NCBI RefSeq assembly: GCF_006345805.1
Contig: NC_042998.1
Location: 177,754,001 to 177,818,000 of the forward strand
Length of the DNA stretch: 64,000 bases
Source: Octopus sinensis
Taxonomy: Eukaryota
Direction of reading: 5' to 3'
The notes under the pieces are model-generated. The model did no database searches and was not told the origin of the DNA. It saw only the letters and a list, made by a program, of their open reading frames with translations. Each line of letters begins with the position of its first letter. The first letter of the stretch is position 1. Below are positions 1 through 13,352 of the stretch, one piece after another. The position numbers and the translations under genes are program-made.

Positions 1-346
1 TAATAATACATCGAATTATCTGTATAATAGTCCTGCAGCCATATGGTTATTATATTCGTTTAGGAACCAATTTAGTAGTTTAATAAATATCAGCAAAATA
101 GATGGCTCAAACTATGTGTGTGATTAGTCTTATTTGGGGGTGTTCTTGTTTTTTGCTTTTTATAGATAAACTGTTTTATGAAATAAAATTGAGACAAACA
201 TAACCTGTATGAAAGTGCAACTGTTTTAAATGCACTCTCATTAAAAAAATGAAGTTAAGAATTTGCTTATCAATTTACCTGGGAAAATAATTTGTTATGA
301 GTAGCATAACTTGCTATGAGTAGCACTTTATAAAATAAAAAAATAC

Positions 347-418
347 CTGATTCATTTTTTCTGTAAGGCTCCAACAAACGGTTCCTTTTCTTTTCATATC
401 CTTTCTGGGTAATATCAC
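347..418 (-). CDS. DIP2: DIP2 (disco-interacting protein 2) internal coding exon, probably exon 2; C-terminal half of the DMAP1-binding domain
   Basis: Minus strand reads ttttttatctag|GTGATATT...GAATCAG|gtattt: canonical acceptor and donor, 72 nt, phase 1 to phase 1. It translates (G)DITQKGYEKKRNRLLEPYRKNES, matching the conserved DIP2 motif ELSE-GDITQKGYEKKRxKLL. Confidence 0.95.
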
Positions 419-1284
419 CTAGATAAAAAAGAAAAAAAAATTGAAAAAATGGACTTAAATTATTATATATGTATACATATATTGTAGTTATTATTTCACC
501 ATTCATAAATACAACATTATTATAATCTAGTTACAGCTGGTGAGCATTCAGCACTGTTCAATTTTTAAAAAGTTTGGCATGAAGTCAACAAGTTCACAAG
601 AACAAAAGAAAATATGCTTTAGAGGAAATCAATGTCGCCAATTTTAAAAAGTTTTTCAAAGAATAAGCTAATATTAAACTGCTATTCTTTATTGTATTTC
701 ATTGAAAGAAAGAAAGCTGACTAGCCATTAGGGTTTGGTTCAAATATACTAATTGCACGATTCCAGGTTACAATCAGGGTTTACTTTAGAACTCAATTTG
801 AATGTAACCTCTAGGAAGTTGTATATAATTTTTTTTTTTTCGTATGAATTGTGTAGGTAATTGAATGTGCACACATGTGTGCGGTTACACCAATTATTTT
901 TCTTATTAGGTTATCAAATTTAAAACAAACTAAAACATACCGATTTTGACTCAAGCTTAGTTATATAAATGACAAAATTTCAATTTTAACAGAAGTTAAT
1001 TTGATTGTTAAATGCACAGAAAAAAAACCAAATCAGATTTTCAGGCTTTTACGAAAGAGGATTTGGTAGAAGCACTGCTGTTCCCACAATAAGCTGCTAG
1101 TAAATTTTGATTTCAACATTTTTGATTTTACTCCTGTTCAAAGCTTGTTTAACAAATTATGTAGGGATAAACTTTTCAGTCAAACATCTTTAAATTCAAG
1201 ATTTTGATTTGGTTGCACAGCTATGATGCAAACACTCAAACAAAACAATAATTACTTGTTTTGGTTAGCTACAAAGTAAATTTT

Positions 1285-1435
1285 TAGCCCCGAGGTGTAT
1301 AATCAATTGAAATGACTAAATACATTACTGGTTCTTACTTTATTAACCTCATAATGATGAAAGGTTAAGTCAATTATAGCTGTAGACCAAATAGTGTAAT
1401 GAATTCATCTGATGCTCTACAATAGCCACCAACAT
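1285..1435 (-). mobile_element. Degenerate octopus tRNA-derived SINE, head type B
   Basis: Decayed reverse match to the intact copy at 10243-10454 (tactggttcttactttattaacc...atgaaagg). Confidence 0.5.
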
Positions 1436-3356
1436 ACTATTTTGAAAAAGACACTTTTATGATAAGAATGATAATGATTCTTTGTTTTGTGCAAATATTA
1501 TAGCATTGTTCAATATTATATTGCTCTTTCTTGTAAAATGTAATGGCTATCACCTGACTAATACAAAAACTGTTTCAACAATTGATGAAACAGTTTTAAA
1601 CAACTAACTGTAAAATAGTTAGAATGTGATTATACATATCTATTATAGCAGATAGAGATAGCTTCAAAAGAGAAAATGTGACTGCAAGAGAAGAGAGTTA
1701 TAAAACAAAAAAAAAAGAGATGAAAGAAAAGACAATGAAACAAAGCAAGAGTGAGATGGTACTGAAAGAAGAACATTTTGATAAGCCCTTTTTTTTTTTA
1801 ATGCATTATGGTATTTATTCTCACTCTAATCAGAGCTAGTGAATTTACAATTTTGACTCGGTTGGCTTAGACAGCTTCTACAGTTGAACATACACCCACT
1901 AAACATTCCGTTAACAAAAGTCACAGGTTCAGGCTGGAGATGATAGACAGTCATCTCTTTTGTTACCCACAACCCAAGTGCCACCAACAAAAGATTACAG
2001 CTAAATTAATGATAGCATAGTCGAAGATTTCTGCTGAATATCGACTTGAGTACAAACAATAGTAGCTTAATATAAACATAACATGGTAATTGCCTCATTG
2101 ATCTACTGCACATATGCAAACAGAATATTATTCTCAGGTACCAGTTGTCAAATGCTATGAACAATGGAGATACGCATTTCATAAATAACATCTTTCATAA
2201 TAGTAGTTAAGAGGGCAACAGGGCCAACCCAACAGTCATCTCTCCTCCACTCATCATCCCTTTAATGTTTCACTCTCTGATGTGACATAAAACTCTAGAA
2301 CTTCAACCTTCTGGTATTACCTCTCTCCCCTCATTTATCATGTAGGATGTAACTTGCAAATGTTATAATTGAACATCAACTGCATCAATCTGGTTGTGTC
2401 CGCAAGGGTTATAAGTACTGCTTTCCCTTCTCTGACTAGTAAAATCAAAATTCATTTTTAAAAAATCAGCTGGTAGCAAGAAAAAAACCCCAACCAACAA
2501 AATTCCTAACTTCTGTAGTTAAATGTCATTGACTGCTCACTTATGAAACCAATTTATAAAACCATAGTTTCCTATTTTAACACACCTTAAAACATTCTTT
2601 AGCTTATCCAATTTGTACTAGATCAGCATTGAACAGTTCAAGTACACCTTGATGCATTCAAGAACAGGAATAGGTAACATCTAGTTGATCTCTGGGAAAA
2701 ACAAATGCCAAATGCCACATTTTTTAAAAATACAGGACTATCTTCTTTGTTTGAATTTGTTTCTTAGGAAAACCTGTCTGTAGTCACCAAAGCACTCTTG
2801 CTGATCTGATCATAATTAAAACATGTTCAGCATGTGGTTTAGTGAAAAGCATTTCAGTCTAAACTGACACAGATACAGCACTGAGTCTTCAGTAAATTAA
2901 GATTACTCTACGTTTGATTCTTCTGTTATCATTCTCAGGTTATCATATTGTTGTTGTCAGAAAATCATCTTTACTCAAAGGTCTCATAAATTTGTTTGCA
3001 GTTGCAAAGCTGTGAAACATATGGAAATACTAATAAAATGAAAAAACAACAGCAGCATCTGTTCCAGCATAAATACCTGTTGATAACACAGTATACATCA
3101 TAACACATTTTCACTTTTGAGGGTGGGGATGGAAATTAGTGAGAATAAACATTCTCTACAATGATTTATTTCCATACAAACCATTACCTCACCTACCTTG
3201 TAAATCAAGATACTGTTACTCTGAACATTTTGAGAAGAGTTTTGAAGAATAGAGATGGTAAAGATAAAATCAACCCCACTGTTAACAAAGTTGACTAAAC
3301 CCATTCTCATAGCCTGCTATGTAATGTTACTAATTGTAAAAACCATTTAAAGTTTC

Positions 3357-3396
3357 TTCTCTCTCTCTCTCACATGTGCATACACATACACACAAA

Positions 3397-3430
<34 letters not shown>

Positions 3431-3452
3431 CTATCTCACTCACTCACTCACT
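3357..3452. repeat. Compound microsatellite (CT)n/(CA)n/(CTAT)n/(CTCA)n
   Basis: Read directly from the sequence. Confidence 0.95.
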
Positions 3453-3618
3453 GTCAAGTTTTATTTTTGTTTGCTTATTTGTTTTTAACAGAAGTAGTTT
3501 TAAAAATTTAAGAAAGTGTGGAGAGAAACATCACAACAAAATAGAAAATTTATGGAAACTCAGCAATTCTGGTATAAAATTTGGAAAGAATAAGTAATTA
3601 TAATTACTAGTGACAGAA

Positions 3619-3870
3619 GCAGTATTAATACCAAAAGGTAATATTTATCTTCCACTAAAAGTGGCTGTTGTGTTAGAACACAGAATATGGCATTACTTAC
3701 CACAATAAGACCTTTCATATGGACTTGTGGTGCATAAAAGCATTCATGTTTTTAACACTGTCAAGCAATAACTGACCACTGCAGCTGTTGGAACTGCCAG
3801 ATCACATGATTTCACCTTCCTCAATGGCAGGCATCCTTCAAAACACAGCCACTTTTAGTATTAATATTGC
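3619..3870. mobile_element. MITE-like element with terminal inverted repeats
   Basis: Perfect 15-bp inverted pair actaaaagtggctgt (3654-3668) / acagccacttttagt (3845-3859), with further imperfect inverted similarity outward. Confidence 0.5.
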
Positions 3871-5017
3871 TTCTCTCCCTATTATTTTTCTAATAGACCC
3901 ACTGGCTACTTGTAACACCAATACCTGAGTAGACACTGAGGTTCTATATATCGCAGACAGGGGAATCAGACCATGATTATATAACTCTACATCATATATC
4001 TATCTACTTATGTAGAGACGAATAGGTTTAAACAACAGCAACAACAAAAACAACAGCAACAACAAAAACAACTAATTTTAAACTAAATTCTTCTTTTTAC
4101 AATTTCATCATTAAATCAATTTCGATTACAACAATTTAAAAAAATTTTTCTATATTTGAATGAAAGGGTTTTGTTAAACTGAAATACTGATGTTAACTAT
4201 TTGATTTTCTGACTTGGGCTGACACAAAATAGTAACTTCTTTATTGGTTAATAGATAAATGTATTGATAGTTTTACTGCTGTGTAGACTGAACTATGTAA
4301 TGGGATAAGGCCACAAATATGTAACAGCTGCCAATGCTGTCCTGATTAAGGTTATACAAACTTCTAAACCATCTAACTCAAAAGTATGAAAATAACATGC
4401 TAAATTATAGGAGGGTATTGTAGTTCGCTTGAAGCATTGCGTATTGTTTGTAAAGAATAAAAAGTTTTGAATGGTACAACAATGCACTATAATACAAACA
4501 ATGGACTATATACCTCTTGTAATTTAGTCATCCATAGTCTCATAATTATATTTCACATTCAAAATATTTGAATTTTAAAACAAAGTGAAATAATTTCAGT
4601 AGAATTTATTTTTTCGTAATTTCTTTTTTGCCTGAATAAATTTGATCACTTAAAAGATTACAAGCTTCACACACACACACACACACTTAGGGCATACTGA
4701 CTGGCATTTCTGGACCATAGAATAATAGGATTTGAAATGAGGGCATGAACACTAATACCCCAAATTAAGGGTTCTGCTCTCTACAGTTGACTCACACTCT
4801 CAATCATAAACATAACTCTCCAGTTATTAGTGTCACAAAGCAATTTTACAAACGTTGTTTGCCTTTAAGTTGATTAATTAAAACTTCACTCCTTTTGAAG
4901 CAGATCACAAAGTCTAGCATTAGACTAAAGACAGTATCAAATTATATATAGGCTACATCAGATAGATCTATTATGGTGTAAAGTGTAAGCAGCCAAAGAA
5001 TGACTTTACTCACAGCT

Positions 5018-5400
5018 ATCATTTTAACATCCACTTTTCCACACATGCATTGGTTACACAGAGTTTAGAGCAGATTTTCTAGACAGATACTCTTGCAACT
5101 GTCAACCCTTACCTTTTTCTAAGCAAGGTAACATTTTCCCATAGTCAGACATATTCTCAGAGAATATTAGAAATGAATGACATTCATTTGCAACAATCAC
5201 ACACGGCCAAAACAACAGGATACAAACACAAACACACATATTCATGACAAGCTTCAGATTCTGTCTATCAAATCCACTCACAAGACTTTGGTGGGCCCAG
5301 GGCTATAGTAAAAGACACATGCCCAAGGTGCCATTCAATGGGACTATACCCAAAAGGATATGGTTAAGAAACAAACTTCTTAACTACAGCTATGACTGTA
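5018..5400 (-). mobile_element. SINE, head type A (tRNA plus core), with RTE-like 3' tail
   Basis: Reverse match to the SINE head and core at 52764 and 63197, plus the tail tttaacatccacttttcc shared with RTE 3' ends. Confidence 0.75.
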
Positions 5401-6619
5401 CCTTGACTTGAAATAATGTCTGCATCAATTTATATACATATATGTATATATACAAGTGTGTGAAAAACACACAGACAGAAACTTAATCAGTGTCATATGG
5501 TATATCATGATTTTATCACTAAGTTTGTCATGGCAACCCTATTTCTAACTCTAAACTATGACCTTTTGTTATGCATAAAACCTCAATTATGCTATACAAC
5601 TGTCATCATACTTTCATTTTGAGAAATTGAAACAATCTGAAAATAACATGTTTGCCTGAAAGGCCTCTCTCTAACTCATTATATGCTGCTTTTAGTCATT
5701 AGAAGAATGTAATGAAATTATATGATCACATGCCTCATCTATAGAGGTAGGGTTATACAATAATACAAAATATTGAAAGTATCAGAACTTGTGACCAACT
5801 AATTTTTGGAATGCAATGGTCTGTATTTCTTTCAATAGTTACATTCATCATTTTGGCACCATTCCTTGTTGATATGCTATTTAGAATATCTTGCAGTCTA
5901 TATAAATTTTCTTTTTTTTTTTTTTTTTTTTGGAAAAAAAATTTAGAGCAGTATATTAATGAAGATTGTTTTAATGAATTCTCCATCCTAGCATTTGTTG
6001 TATATGTCTGCAATATTACATACTCAATATGACCATAACTAACTACTACTTGTCAGGTGTTCCTTGGCCTTAGCACTATCATCCCTTTTTCACTCAACAT
6101 GTTCCATACCAATGACGTTATCTTTCTTCTATATATGTCAGCAGTTTTTTTCTTATACCCATGTAATCTGTCCTCCATATAGAGAGAAAATCCATTTATC
6201 GATAGCAGAGACAGCAATTATTATCTTCTTAACCCTAATTCTAGTTACAATGTTACCCTTAACTCTAAATCCTGCACTAAAGATGCCAGAAACTCCCTAT
6301 TATTTCCAAGGGTCATACAAGTAATCCATAGTTCAAGCCCACAGCTGCACATGCTATTAAGAAAAGTATTATATTAAGTATAATTATAGTTTCAGTGTTT
6401 ACTTAAGTATCAAATGAGTTTTTGAACACCCATTGTCAGCACAGGCCACATCAACATCAACTACTTCCCCCAACTGTTTTTTTTTTCTTTTTTTTTTTCT
6501 TGAAAATACTTTAGTCTTGGAAAATTAACCTCCAGGACCACTCTGCCATGTTTCAAATTTTAAAAACACTTTACAAATGCACTTTCAGATACAGGTAATT
6601 TCTGCATAATTGATATTCA

Positions 6620-6915
6620 GTTATTTGTAGCATTCATCTCACAAATCCGGGGATTTGCATCTGGTAAGTTTTGGTTCAAGTAATGTAGTAGCTTTTACAG
6701 TGTCTGTAGAGGAACATACAGAAGCCCAAACTGCAGCAGTTGCAGGCAATATCTACCAAGGTTGTCTTGGTGCCATTTTTTTGGTGGGTGCACTTTTCTT
6801 CAGCAGGAAGACTCAGATTCTTCACACCTCTTTCTAAACTTCCACCTAGTCCCAACTTCTAATGAGAGCAATGCCCTCCCACCTCTTAACATGCTCAGTG
6901 GCTCTCTGTCTCTAT
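6620..6915 (-). mobile_element. Decayed 3' end of a BovB/Expander-like RTE LINE
   Basis: Broken minus-strand frames give WEGIALIRS..AEEK.. and a Cys-rich tail resembling the BovB-type ORF C-terminus. Confidence 0.5.
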
Positions 6916-7197
6916 TAAAAAAACAATAAGCTTAACATTGACTTGATGCAACACCACTAAATAATTATGACTGCTAATTTTTGCTTAATGTCAACAGTAA
7001 ATTAGTGAGGTATATTACTAGTGTTTGTTTAGAATACTAATCATTTCAAAATGCCTTCTAAGTAATTGTTTTACATTACCATAATATTCTTGCGACAAGT
7101 AAATACTCTTTCTTTACAAAGTTTTTGATGATTTTCATACTTAACATCAATAAACATTGAGGAATTAAACAATGAACATATTTTTCCTATTTTTTCT

Positions 7198-8009
7198 TGA
7201 GAGAAATGTTGAACCTAAGAAGCATCAGATGTGGTGTGCAAGAGAGACGACTGCACTGGTATGGTCATGTAGCAAGAATGGATGAGGACAGCTGAGTGAA
7301 AAAGTGCCATACCCTAGCAGTTGAGGGAACCTGTGGAAGAGGTAAACCCAGGATGACCTAGGATGAAGTGGTGAAGCACGACCTTCGAACTTTAGGCCTC
7401 ACCAAGGAAATGACTAGTGACCGAGACCTTTGGAAATATGCCATGTGTGAGAAGACCCGGCAAGCCAAATGAAACCATAATCTCATGGCCTATGCCAGGG
7501 GCGTAACCAGCCCACTTATGCGTACCTTTTCCTTCTTTGGACACAAAAACTCTGCTTGCGAAGACCTGTTGAGGCAAGTGAAATCAATCAAAATAAAAAT
7601 CAAATTCGATGACAGGCGTCCGTACTAGCAGGTTGCAAAGAGCACCATACGAGCGCGACCATTGACTGAGCGGCTAACCGGCTTCTGTGCCAGTGGAACA
7701 TAAAAGGGCACCATTCGAGCATGATCGTTACCAACGTCGCCTTACTGGCACCTGTGCTAGTGGCATGTGTAAAAAAATTCGAGCGAGGTCGTTGCCAGTA
7801 CCGCCTGACTAGCCCCCGTGCCGGTGGAATGTAAAAAGCACCCACTATACTCTCGGAGTGGTTGGCATTAGGAAGGGCATCCAGCTGTAGAAACTCTGCC
7901 AAATCAAGATTGGAGCCTGGTGCAGCCATCTGGTTCGCCAGCCCTCAGTCAAAATCGTCCAACCCATGCTAAGCATGGAAAGCGGACGTTAAACGATGAT
8001 GATGATGAT
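7198..8009 (+). mobile_element. 5'-truncated RTE-clade LINE (end of ORF, 3' UTR, (GAT)n tail)
   Basis: Closely similar to 20150-21013; contains CGVQERRLHWYGHVARMDED and ends in gatgatgatgat. Confidence 0.9.
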
Positions 8010-8199
8010 TTCTAAAGTAAAAAAAATTTTTTTATTAGCTATATTATTTGTCTAGTTAATTTTATCATTTTGATAGTTGTAAAAATAATAAGTTTTGATA
8101 AAACTAGTTAATATAATTTACCATTAAATTTGAAATAAAATTGGTTTTCTTTTACTTTGTAGTTTCATTAATTGAACATAGTTACTTATATTTATCTCC

Positions 8200-8650
8200 G
8201 ACTATAAGAGGTCAGTTCCACAAGCAACAGGTCTTTCATTATCCTGACTGGCATGGGAGTAGTGAACATAACCCAGACAACATAGGCATCATTGTTAGAG
8301 TAGTATGAAGAGGCTGCATATCTGAGCATAGGTTAGGACTTCATTGTTAGGAACCCAATCAATCCCCTTGATGTCCAGGACGCATCTCAAGATGTGGAAG
8401 GTATTGCAACACTACTCTGGAGTGGAGTTTTGACTTTTACAGCTGTTAAGCAGTGTACGGAGGAAGCCAGCTCTGTTAACAACCTTAGTCTGTGTTGTCA
8501 ATTTGCTATTCTCTAAGACTCTCTTGGTCATCCAGGTGAGTGTTGGGGTGACTCTTCTGATCCATCTGTTAATCTCAGACACTAAGGAGAGATTGTCCAT
8601 GATAGTGGAACCAAAGTGTGTGAAGTCATGAATTACCTCCAGTTCACAAT
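8200..8650 (-). mobile_element. Decayed BovB/Expander-like RTE reverse-transcriptase C-terminal fragment
   Basis: Translates ELEVIHDFTHFGSTIMDNLSLVSEINRWI...NTFH...WVPNNEVL...RIMKDLL with stops and frameshifts, typical of the BovB-type ORF. Confidence 0.7.
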
Positions 8651-10242
8651 GATTGATAGTACTGTTAATTTAAATATACAATAAAATGTTTAGAGTACAG
8701 TAGGAGAGATTTTTACAACAAACTCTTGACGAATTTGCTTTATCTTGTGCAGTTTTTATCATTCATCAAATCTTCCATGCTTTGTAGCACTGAAAGAAAA
8801 TACTCAGACACAAAAATGGAACTATACATAGTGGAGAAAAATAAATAATGATGTTAATACTAATGTAGACTACATTATATAAAGTAAGGATGATGGAATT
8901 AAAAGAGGAAACTACTGTATAACAGACAAAATGTCAAAGACTAAAATCAAAATAGACAATATAAAGGTCAGAGTGACAACAATCTATGACCTTAGGGAAA
9001 TATCTTATAGTGGAAATATAATTATTCTATGCCTTTGTAAAGTAAAAGAATGAATATGCCTTTGTAAAAATTGTAACAAGTTGTTTTTTCAGTTATACAA
9101 ATTTACATACTCTATCAGAGGGAGGTAAGGTATAAGAGAAAAACATGAAACAAAGTTGATACACGATCAGATTTACTGAGCAACAATAAGGTATCTTTTC
9201 TTTATTCAATATTTTAAACAATAACATACAGACATTTAATACTGCAGAAACAATGCAATCAGTGTATAAGAAGGAAATGATGGTAGTCCTTGAAGAGTGA
9301 ATATGACATTGAGCAACATGAATACTTGCTACCAGTATAGGTAAGGTAAATCAGTGTTAGAAGAAATTATAGAATTGTATTTAGGCTAATTATGTACAAA
9401 GAGTGGTAAGGATTTTCCCCGATAAGTAAGATGAAGTGTATGATGTATGGACCAAAAGATTTTTAAATCTATAGGATAAAACTGATACTGAAAGAAAGCA
9501 AAATAAGAGGACTTAGTAATGAAGGACCAAAGTAGATTTGGTAGATGTGTAGACATTGGGATGTTAAAAGCCTCTAAGTATTGCTTGCTAATAAAAAAGA
9601 CAGTGTAAATTAGATAATCGACAATGATAAGTAAATAATGCAAATGTAGGTCAGTTACAGATGCATACATGCAATAATTTCAATGAAATCAAAAGGAATG
9701 CAGAAAATAAGTTTGGAAAAACCATGTGTGACCTCTCTGTTAGTATGGGAAAATACCAATAATAAAACTGTTGCTAATGATGCTGATTATAATTGCTTCT
9801 TTAGCAGCTCAATTAAGCCAACAACTATGTTTAGCAAAGTCCAGGGTATTGTTTTCAATATATATTTACAACCAATGACGTGATTTCTAAGCTTTAGTAT
9901 TTACTGTAAGTCAATGGATCGTAACGGAAATCACCAATTCAGAAGGGTTAATTGAATTGATTTCCGACAGGGACATTAATCAATATATGTTATTTTTGAA
10001 GGAAAGTAGGAAAGTGAGAAAAGTCAGATTTCATTTCTATCTGCTGCAGACAACAGGCATATCATATATATATTGAGAGGGTGAAATATAATAAAAAGAC
10101 ACATAAAAAATTAACACGAAGGTTTTAAATATATGAGGCATGGTATTTGATCTGTCTAGAAGGTCAGTAACTCCAAATAAAAACTGACTTGGCCCATGAC
10201 AGACTGTTCAACCCATACCAGCATAGAAAAGCAGACATATAA

Positions 10243-10454
10243 GGCAGTGAGTTGGCAGAAATGTTAGCGCACCAGGCGAAATGCTTAGCAGTATTTCGTC
10301 TGTCTTTACGTTCTGAGTCCAAATTCTGCCAAGGTCAACTTTGCATTTAATCCTTTCAGGGTTGATAAATTAAGTACCAGTTACATACTGGGGTCGATCT
10401 GATTGACTGGCCCCCGTCCCCCAAAATTTTAGGCCTTGTGCCTAGAGTAGAAAT
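10243..10454 (+). mobile_element. tRNA-derived SINE, head type B, nested in an older RTE tail
   Basis: A-box-like tggcagaaatgttag and B-box-like gagtccaaattc; flanked by gaaaagcagacatataa (10226-10242) and gaaaagcagatataaaa (10455-10471), a probable target-site duplication. Confidence 0.85.
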
Positions 10455-10721
10455 GAAAAGCAGATATAAAATGATGATTTCACTCACACATACACAAACA
10501 CTTGCTTGAATTTCTTAGAAAAATTATTATAAACTTATATATTTGCACTATTGTCCACCTCTTAGTTGTTTTAGACACAATCTTTCAGAGTTGTACTCTC
10601 TGATGCTCTCAATACCTTAAAAGCTTGAATAAGGCCAAAATGTACAATGGCTGAAATATTGTAACTATAACAACCAAGATGACAACACTAAGAGTTCATA
10701 TAAATTACAATTATTTTAAAC

Positions 10722-10893
10722 ATTGGCATGGGGGCACTTAGTTGGTTAAATCAACTTCAGAACTTTATTTTATCAACCCTGAAAGGACGAATGGTAAAGT
10801 TGATCCCTGCAGGATTCAAACTCAAATATAAAGTGCAATACAAATATCACAATGCAGCTTATTGGATGTTTTAATGATTCTGCCAACCTACTG
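10722..10893 (-). mobile_element. Degenerate SINE, head type B
   Basis: Reverse match to 10243-10454. Confidence 0.65.
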
Positions 10894-12789
10894 AAATTAT
10901 AATAATATCACCCACAAAAAGACAACTCTGAGTTTGATGGTATTCATTTACAATAAGGCATGGATATCAAAATGATACACATAAAAAATTTGCAGAGAAA
11001 CACACAGTAAAACAATATTTCCTTGCAAATTTCATGATTTTTATACATGCAAACTGTGCTAATTAAGTAAATGATCATACAGCAATGTTTTCAATATTAT
11101 TTCCTTCAGAACATTCCACTATTTACTTCTAAACATCATGATTTACAGATAAGACACAAAAAAGAAAAGAAATTTGTTTTAGAAGGTTGTAGGAATAAGA
11201 TTTCAAAGCAAATACAAATGAAATTATTTAATGTCTTAGTAGAAATGACACAAATATAGTTAAGTACATACATTTCCCTACCTCATATTAAGCACAGGTA
11301 AGTTGAGAACAAAGCAGATCTATATCACAATCAACAACATGTTACTTTCTCCACAATTCTTCTGTTTCTTAGTTTTAAAAGTTTCAATTGTATGATAAAA
11401 TTAATTCCAGATAAAATTCCAGCACAGGATAAAAATTTCAGTATAGTAAAATAATCTTTTTACTGAGAAATAGATATCAAAACTGCTTTTCCCTCATATT
11501 TCTAGATAAATAAAATATAATGAACAATGAGGTAAGTCACAGTGTGATAATTCCAGTCAATAACATTTCATGTTTTAACAGATGAACTCGAATACTTTTA
11601 TCGATCTATTAAACTACATAAACCAAACTCACTTTTATCAATGCAAATAAATTTCAGAGAAGTTTTCCTGCACACAGTCAGCTACGTTTTAAACCTGTCA
11701 ACTAACAAACCCTATAAGAAAGTTTCAACATGATTATATGACCAGGTAGAACCTTCTTCAAATCATATCCACACAGCTTTAAAAAATGGACTCATTAGAT
11801 ATAGTCTTATAAAATGGTCACAGCTGGAAGACTTCTTATCATGTCTGCTTAAGCATTGCTGAACTCAGGACTAAATAACTAACGAAAAAATTCTAATCCA
11901 CGTAGAATGTGTAGGAGTGTTTTCAATCATCATTGATTATTTATTTTTATCAAATACCCATAATACTGTGCATGAAACCCATTTTGTTCAGGCGCAACAA
12001 ATGATTCCATCAACGACCAAATGTATGTGGGGGCAGCACTGCCAGGTTTTCTAGTTTTGTGACAAATGACTCCAGAATGACTGTTTGTCTTTTGTAATCT
12101 GATTCAAGCCAATTGTTTACTGCAATAAATTTGCTGAAAGTTAGCTTTGTGCAGAGCCATTCCTATTCCTTTAAATAATAACATATTATTCATATACACA
12201 TAAGCTTTTATTTATTTTAGGATTCATTGAGCACTTTTTGACCATATATTACTTTCCATTTCACAATAAAGAAATTCTAGAACAATCTTAATTCTGTTGA
12301 AAAGATACTGAATTTTCAAATGTCTCATAAGTTGTGTGATATAGTTAAATGATACATGTAGATAATCTTACAATAATTTACTTTCAATTAAATGTATTGT
12401 TTTGAAACACTAATGAAAGAAAGATCTCAAATATCATGTGTGGTGAGAGAACTCAACAAACAAACACTGCACAGATGAGATGTATTAAATATTAGGTGTT
12501 TTATTTGTAAAAGAAAACATACTAGCTACCAATATAAAACATGATATTCATTACAACAGGAGAGAGATACAGTTAATAGACTTGGATATAATAGTGAGAA
12601 TGAATAACAGTATATTTAAGGAACAGCTGGTGGCTGATAGCTGCAGGAATTGAGGTAAGTAAAAAGAGCAAGTGGAATGAGATAAATAAAACTGAAAAAG
12701 GGATTTCATATAAACTGCCTCAAAGTAAATACCAATCAGGTCAAAAGTAAATTTAAAAAATAAAAACATAAACAAGGTAAAATGTTGTA

Positions 12790-13013
12790 GACAATATTGA
12801 CGGTAGCAGTGACAGGGGTGCTTCATGACAATAACTCCTGTCACCAACCCCTAACTGTTTCCAAGTAAGGCAATATTTCCCTATGCCAAGACATTTGTTC
12901 AAGAAAGATTGGAAATGAAGTACTCTGCTTGTAATAACAGTACTGCTTGTTTGCAATCACCACTGAATGCTAAGACAAAGTTCACAGAAAAACACACATA
13001 TATGTAGTACATT

Positions 13014-13058
<45 letters not shown>
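12790..13058 (-). mobile_element. 3' portion of a SINE type A with RTE-like tail, plus (CA)n
   Basis: Reverse similarity to 63450-63620 (gtaaggcaatatttccc...). Confidence 0.55.
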
Positions 13059-13063
<5 letters not shown>

Positions 13064-13189
13064 ATAAAAATATGAGAGAAAGGAAATGGAATTCACAAGA
13101 CTCTTATTATTCACCATGACAGTTTCGACCCATCATGCACCAGTGTTTTGTGGGTGAGATGCTGTGCTAACTGCTGTGGTGCATGCATA

Positions 13190-13275
13190 TATATAGTATG
13201 TCTGTGTGTGTGTGTGTGTATATATATACACAAAAACACGCATACATATGTATATATTACATATATGTGTATATA

Positions 13276-13342
<67 letters not shown>

Positions 13343-13352
13343 GTATATACAC
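13190..13352. repeat. (TG)n/(TA)n microsatellite block
   Basis: Read directly; it explains the YIYI/CVCV ORFs in the ORF track. Confidence 0.95.
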
